The translations under genes were made by a program, and so were the position numbers. Under the pieces are notes generated by a model that had not been told where the DNA came from, made no database searches, and saw only the letters and a program-made list of their open reading frames with translations. A stretch of 64,000 nucleotides of DNA from Isurus oxyrinchus (taxonomy: Eukaryota). Below, piece after piece: positions 62,194 through 64,000 of this stretch; positions within the stretch are counted from its first letter, which is position 1; each line of letters opens with the position of its first letter. The stretch is from contig JANJGN010000055.1 of the NCBI GenBank assembly GCA_026770705.1, positions 1,488,001 through 1,552,000 on the forward strand, read 5' to 3'.

Positions 62194-62480
62194 TCTCTGA
62201 CAGCGAGAGACATTTTATTGGCCAGCCGAGTTCACCAGAGACTGAGGGGGCAGACTGTGGGAGAGAATCACAGTTTCGATCTTTGGTGTATATTTTAGAT
62301 ATCTTGATGTCCTAAATGCTTGAGATGATGAATTTTCTTGCACCTATGATAATGTTGCGTAAATGCTGTGGAACTTAAGTTTGCTGCACAAAAAAATATT
62401 TATATGTTGACTCAGGCTTAGTTCAGGGTGCAGTTACAGAATGCGCTGAATCATCCACTATATCGATTAAGAAATTAATT
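62194..62480 (+). pseudogene. GPCR pseudogene B, 3' part of the main exon (ICL3, deletion, TM7/helix 8)
   Basis: SLTARDILLASRVHQRLRGQTVGENHS directly continues LLPIGLIPLFN at 51330. Later MLWNLSLLHK..IYMLTQA*FRVQLQNAL parallels MLRNISCCINT..VTQSKFREQL of copy A. Confidence 0.85.
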
Positions 62481-63089
62481 GCGGAACAAAAGAACTGAGA
62501 GCAGCTGAAATATCTAGAATCATGGGGCATGAGGTAACCGCAGCAGTATCGGAAGTAATGCATCCAGAGGAGAGCTGTTAACGAAAATTAAGATGGGTCA
62601 GTGAGCGGGAAAAACTGAAAAAAATTGTGCCACAGTTATCTGATACAGCGAAAAGCAGTGGGTCAAGATCATCGGGATACTTCCGGGGATTGCATTCAAT
62701 GAGCACATTTAAGCAGACATTGAAAATACATTTATTAACTATGCAGGCGGAGACTCCAACGCCAAAGGCTGCGTTTCAATGTCGAGATATAACATGCAGA
62801 GTCCGGGGAATAAATTAACAGATGGAGGCGGGCAGTCAAGAGAGCAGAGGACAAAGGACAAACTTGGTCTTTGGTGAACCGGAAATGAAGTTGACAGGAA
62901 GGCAGTAAAAACGTTCCCTGATGAACATAAAATAGCACAGCAGATACATTCTTTCCTCAAAGTAGACTTGCTCGATTTTGAACTCCTTGCTTCTTCTCAG
63001 AAAGAACGGAAAACAAGTTTGTATAACAGCGAGAGGCTGCATATAGATGAAATCTCCTTTGGTCAATATGCTTTTATTCATTTGTTTAT

Positions 63090-63250
63090 CCCCCATCCAT
63101 CCCTCTTTCTGTCTGTCCGACCGTCTGATCGTCCATTCTTCCATGGATTTTGTATGTCCCTCATCCCGTTATTCTATCCGTTCGGCCATCTATCACCCTT
63201 CCCGCACCCATTTAGTTTGCATCCATACATCTATCGATCAATCTATTGAT
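63090..63250. repeat. Degenerate (CCAT/CTAT/CCGT)n tetranucleotide repeat
   Basis: ccatccatcc...ctgtctgtccgaccgtctg...catccatacatctatcgatcaatctat. Confidence 0.55.
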
Positions 63251-63299
63251 TTTGTTATTCATTTATTGAAACGAATTATTGTATTGCCCTAGCCACCTT

Positions 63300-63905
63300 C
63301 CAGCCTTATCGCTGTCCTCTATTTATATCTCTCCCCCCAAGCTTTAAAAGACGCTGTTCATGGCTGAGCGACTGTGTGATCACACATGGAGCCAGGGTCG
63401 CCTTGCTCCCAAAACTTTTCATCTACTAACTCTTCCATATCTCTGTAAACCTACTAAGCACTACAACAGAGTTTATCACTGTGAAGCCTACCAGCCAATA
63501 GTGCACCTCTTCCCGCCCCCGATCTCTATAAGTTCCTCTAGCGGCTCCAACACTCCATCTTTCACCCCCTCAAGCACCTACACCTTAACTCGATTTGTGT
63601 TCCCTTGCAGTCTCTTTAACCTTTAAGGATATCTGGAAACCTCCATTACTGGAACTTGTCCTTTTCCATTTTCATTTTTCCACCGTTGGAGGCCGTGCCT
63701 TCAGCTGCATGTTTGTAAGGAATGTAAAATTGCATTCCTCAATCTCTCAGCCCCTTGTTTTGTGGAATTCAGGGCGCACCTCAAAATCTTTCTCTAAATC
63801 CTAATTTCTCTTTGACTGGATGTAAAGCCTTTGCTTTCTAACGCACCTTTGAAGATGCTTGTAAGCTTGGACTATAAGAATGGAATAAGGAGTATATCAT
63901 CTATG
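63300..63905 (+). mobile_element. L2-clade LINE 3' end
   Basis: ttccaccgttggaggccgtgccttcagctgc and neighbouring motifs typical of the L2 3' region; homologous to 1080-1510. Confidence 0.6.
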
Positions 63906-63943
63906 TTTAACGTATCCCATCTTTGACACTCTGTCGAGCTCTT

Positions 63944-63964
63944 TCTCTCTCTCTCTCTCTCTCT
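63944..63964. repeat. (TC)n microsatellite
   Basis: tctctctctctctctctctct. Confidence 0.9.
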
Positions 63965-64000
63965 TTCTGTGCCGCATTCTGTACCGTCTTGCCTCTCCCT

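Noticed and set aside
61150-62200. Search for an env gene after the ERV integrase
   Set aside because: The space is occupied by inverted integrase pieces and the Gmr1 LTR; no signal peptide, furin site or TM-like remnant is visible.
1-64000. Prokaryotic-type systems (CRISPR array, retron, DGR, operons), tRNA or rRNA genes
   Set aside because: No regularly spaced repeats, no operon-like gene density and no tRNA/rRNA folds seen. All RT-like sequences belong to eukaryotic LINE, PLE, LTR or ERV classes.

Overview
This is repeat-dense eukaryotic DNA with no intact host gene. The repeat families and the two-exon orphan GPCRs point to a cartilaginous fish (shark) genome, which is an inference. Main contents: (i) two pseudogenes of a GPR139/GPR142-like class A GPCR family (9032-15143 and 50826-62480); (ii) three decayed Gmr1-like Ty3/gypsy LTR retrotransposons with the order PR-IN-RT-RH (15925-21813 +, 22662-29125 +, 51331-62188 -); (iii) a cluster of Penelope-like elements (PLEs), including a young copy with an open RT + GIY-YIG frame, a perfect 10-bp TSD and a variant-core minimal hammerhead motif; (iv) a decayed PIF/Harbinger transposon (spliced Myb/SANT gene plus DDE transposase); (v) many CR1 and L2 LINE remnants. 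The most notable structure is a three-level nest: a GPCR exon is split by a Gmr1-like element, which is itself interrupted by an endogenous retrovirus-like provirus. That provirus has an LTR with TGTTG...CAACA ends, a tRNA-Met-like PBS, gag ending in TGA-CGG in frame with pol, a YVDD RT, two tandem RNase H domains and an HHCC integrase, and best fits a lokiretrovirus-type lineage. I cannot show a wholly new biological system from sequence alone. The best leads are this ERV and its gag-pol readthrough signal, the non-canonical PLE hammerheads, and the GPCR cluster. All calls come from reading the sequence by eye, and boundaries of old repeats are approximate.
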